The position numbers and the translations under genes are program-made. Under the pieces are notes generated by a model, which did no database searches, was not told the DNA's origin, and saw only the letters and a program-made list of their open reading frames with translations. DNA of 63,944 nt, filler included, from an uncultured bacterium (GTDB lineage: Bacteria > CAYJOG01): assembly GCA_964371695.1 (NCBI GenBank). It is 5 parts of 5 records of this genome, joined end to end, with 100 filler letters (N's around TTAATTAATTAA, not from the genome) between each part and the next. Parts side by side here need not be neighbours in the genome. Positions count along the whole stretch, not along the records: positions 54,252 to 63,944 come from CAYJOG010000067.1; 4 more parts are not named here. One strand, given 5' to 3'. This document shows, piece after piece, positions 61,390 to 63,944 of the stretch (its first letter is position 1; the number at the start of each line of letters is the position of its first letter).

Positions 61390-62858
61390 GAGGGCCTCAC
61401 TTCCAGGCGGCCTTTCCATTTCCAGCCAATGGGCCGGATGATGGGTTCGGGTTTTGGAAAAGGCCCGCGCTCCTGGGCCAGGGCGGCCATCACGGCGGCG
61501 AGTTGTTCCTTGCTGCGGTCGGGGGCGAAGGTGAAATTGTCCAGAAAACCTGTGTTGAGCTGACCCTTCTGGAACCGCTCGTCGTCCATGAGGCGTTTGT
61601 GAAAGGCGATGGTGGTGGCCACGCCGCCGATGCGTATTTCGCCCAGGGCGCGACGCATGCGGTCGGTGGCCTGCTCGCGGGTGTTGCCCCACACACACAG
61701 CTTGGCCACCATGCTGTCGTAGTTCAGGGGAATGTCATAACCGGCGTAAAGGGCGGTGTCGCACCGCACGCCGGGGCCGTCGGGCAGGTGCAGGTGGGTG
61801 ACCTTGCCCATGGCGGGCACAAAACCACGGGTGGGGTCTTCGCAGTTGATGCGGCACTCAAAGGCCCAGCCGTTGAGGTGAATGTCCTCTTGCGCAAAGG
61901 GCAGGGGTTTGCCCGTGACCACTTCAATCTGCGTGCGCACCAGGTCCACGCCACTGATCATTTCGGTGACCGGGTGCTCCACCTGCAGGCGGGCGTTGAC
62001 CTCCATGAAGTAATGCCGCCCCTGGTCATCCAGCAGGAACTCCACCGTGCCCGCGTTTTCATAGTCCAGCGCCGCCATCACCTTCACGGCGTCTGCGCCC
62101 ATGCGGGCGCGCAGCTCTGGCGAGAGGGCCACGCTGGGGGCTTCTTCAAAAAGTTTCTGATGCCGCCGCTGAATGGAGCACTCGCGCTCGCCCAGGTGCA
62201 CGATGTGGCCGTGTTGGTCGGCGATGACCTGAAACTCGATGTGGCGGGGGTTGCGGATGTAGGTTTCGGCGAAAATGTCGCTGCTGCCAAAGGCCTTGAT
62301 GGACTCGTCGCGGGCCGATTCATAAAGCCGTTCCAGGTCGTCCAGGTTTTCCACAATCCTCATGCCGCGTCCGCCGCCGCCCTGGCTGGCTTTGAGCAGC
62401 ACCGGCAGACCCACCTGGGTCACGAGATCATGCACCTGCTTCAGATCACTGATGACGCCGGTGGCGGTGGTGGTGGGCACACCGGCGTCGGTGGCCACTT
62501 TTTTGGCGTAAACCTTGTCTCCCAGGCTGGCGATGGTGCGGGTTTTGGGGCCGATGAAGGCCATGCCCGCCTCGCGCACCATCTGAGCAAAACCGGCGTT
62601 TTCGCTGAGAAATCCATAACCCGGATGCACGGCGCTTGAGTCGTGGGCTTTGGCCACGCGCACCAGCAGATCGGCGTCCAGATAGGGGTTGGCATGGGTG
62701 CCCCCCGCCAGCGGCACGCACAGGTCCGCCTGCCGCAGCCACAGGCCGCCTTTGTCCTGCTCGGTGTAACCCACCACCGAGCGGATACCCAGCTCCTTGC
62801 AGGAACGGATGACCCGAAAGGCGATTTCTCCACGGTTGGCGATGAAAATGGTGTGCAT
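61386..62858 (-). CDS. accC: Biotin carboxylase subunit
   Basis: IANRGEIA, HPGYGFLSEN, GGGGRGM, ECSIQRRHQK, RLQVEH. Confidence 0.93.
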   Translation of the reverse strand: MHTIFIANRGEIAFRVIRSCKELGIRSVVGYTEQDKGGLWLRQADLCVPLAGGTHANPYLDADLLVRVAKAHDSSAVHPGYGFLSENAGFAQMVREAGMAFIGPKTRTIASLGDKVYAKKVATDAGVPTTTATGVISDLKQVHDLVTQVGLPVLLKASQGGGGRGMRIVENLDDLERLYESARDESIKAFGSSDIFAETYIRNPRHIEFQVIADQHGHIVHLGERECSIQRRHQKLFEEAPSVALSPELRARMGADAVKVMAALDYENAGTVEFLLDDQGRHYFMEVNARLQVEHPVTEMISGVDLVRTQIEVVTGKPLPFAQEDIHLNGWAFECRINCEDPTRGFVPAMGKVTHLHLPDGPGVRCDTALYAGYDIPLNYDSMVAKLCVWGNTREQATDRMRRALGEIRIGGVATTIAFHKRLMDDERFQKGQLNTGFLDNFTFAPDRSKEQLAAVMAALAQERGPFPKPEPIIRPIGWKWKGRLEVRPS

Positions 62859-62870
62859 GGGCGGGGCCTG

Positions 62871-63944
62871 TCAGAGCGGCAGATTGTTGTGTTTTTTGGC
62901 GGGCATGGTGTCGTGTTTTGTTTTGAGCAGTTCCAGCGCGGCGATGAGCCGGGGCCGTGTTTCGTGGGGCAGGATCACGGCGTCGATGAACCCCTTGCGG
63001 GCGGCCTCGTAGGGGTTCTGGAACTTTTCGGAATAACTGTCCACGAGTTCCTTGCGTTTGGCTTCAGGGTCTTCGGCGGTGGCGATTTCCTTGCGGAAGA
63101 TGATGCTCACCGCGCCGCTCGCCCCCATCACGGCCAGTTCCGCGCCGGGCCAGGACACGTTGAAATCGCTGCGGATGTGACGTGAGCACATCACCACATA
63201 CGCGCCGCCATAGGCCTTGCGGGTGATGACGGTGAGTTTGGGCACGGTGGCCTCGGCGTAGGCAAAAAGCAGTTTCGCACCGTGGTTGATGATGCCGCCG
63301 TGTTCCTGCGAGGTGCCGGGCAAAAAGCCGGGCACGTCCACAAACGTGATGAGCGGAATGTTGAAGGCGTCGCAGAAACGCACAAACCGTGCGCCCTTGA
63401 TGGCGCTGTTGATGTCCAGCACGCCCGCCAGAATGCGTGGCTGGTTGCCCACCACGCCCACCGTGCGGCCGTTCAGGCGGGCGAAACCCACCACGATGTT
63501 CTGGGCGTAATACTGGTGGACCTCAAAAAAGCTGCCCGTGTCCACCACGCGGCCAATGACTTCTTTCATGTCATAGGGTTTGTTGGCGTCTTCGGGCACC
63601 AGGGTGTCCAGTTCAATGTCGGCCCGGTCGGCAGGGTCTTTGCAGGGATAGACAGGCGGGTCATCCACGTTGTTGGAGGGCAGGTAGGTGAGCAGCTTTT
63701 TCACCATCTCCATGCAGTGGATTTCGTCTTTGGCCAGAAAGTGAGCCACACCGCTTTTCTGGTTGTGTACCATGCCGCCGCCCAGGGCCTCAAAGGTGAC
63801 TTCTTCGTTGGTCACGGTTTTGATCACTTCGGGGCCGGTGATGAACATGTGGCTGGTTTTGTCCACCATGAAGACGAAGTCAGTCAGGGCGGGGGAGTAG
63901 ACCGCGCCGCCCGCGCAGGGGCCCATGATGACGCTGATCTGCGG
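62871..63944 (-). CDS. pccB: Acyl-CoA carboxylase carboxyltransferase subunit (5'-truncated)
   Basis: [52 protein letters not shown]. Confidence 0.9.
   Translation of the reverse strand, partial: PQISVIMGPCAGGAVYSPALTDFVFMVDKTSHMFITGPEVIKTVTNEEVTFEALGGGMVHNQKSGVAHFLAKDEIHCMEMVKKLLTYLPSNNVDDPPVYPCKDPADRADIELDTLVPEDANKPYDMKEVIGRVVDTGSFFEVHQYYAQNIVVGFARLNGRTVGVVGNQPRILAGVLDINSAIKGARFVRFCDAFNIPLITFVDVPGFLPGTSQEHGGIINHGAKLLFAYAEATVPKLTVITRKAYGGAYVVMCSRHIRSDFNVSWPGAELAVMGASGAVSIIFRKEIATAEDPEAKRKELVDSYSEKFQNPYEAARKGFIDAVILPHETRPRLIAALELLKTKHDTMPAKKHNNLPL

Overview
The window is not contiguous. It holds five ~10-13.5 kb contigs of a GC-rich diderm bacterial draft genome (lpxA present), joined by N-TTAATTAATTAA-N linkers (13506-13605, 27079-27178, 40643-40742, 54152-54251), with four 10-N scaffold gaps. 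Most genes are housekeeping or metabolic: MFS, GS-like ligase, nnr, GMC oxidoreductase, IlvD-family dehydratase, dacB, gltBD, lpxA, hom, MaoC pair, CHASE2 cyclase, ilvBN and an acyl-CoA carboxylase. The most notable locus is a chemosensory cluster (27.2-35.2 kb). Its soluble receptor fuses a group I 2/2 truncated haemoglobin to two Aer2-like PAS domains and an MCP domain. The cluster also has a hybrid CheA behind a sigma54-like promoter, a pseudo-receiver coupled to a phage Ner/Cro-like gene, a divergent phage-repressor-like XRE gene and a perfect CRP box. Other highlights are a RAYT transposase with a tandem half-REP array and at least six REP/MITE families, one of which disrupts two genes. 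There is also an orphan flagellin with CsrA-type leader hairpins, an in-frame amber codon in an aldo/keto reductase, and a >2100-aa secreted protein built of ~590-700-aa super-repeats. All family assignments come from motif recognition only; no searches were run.
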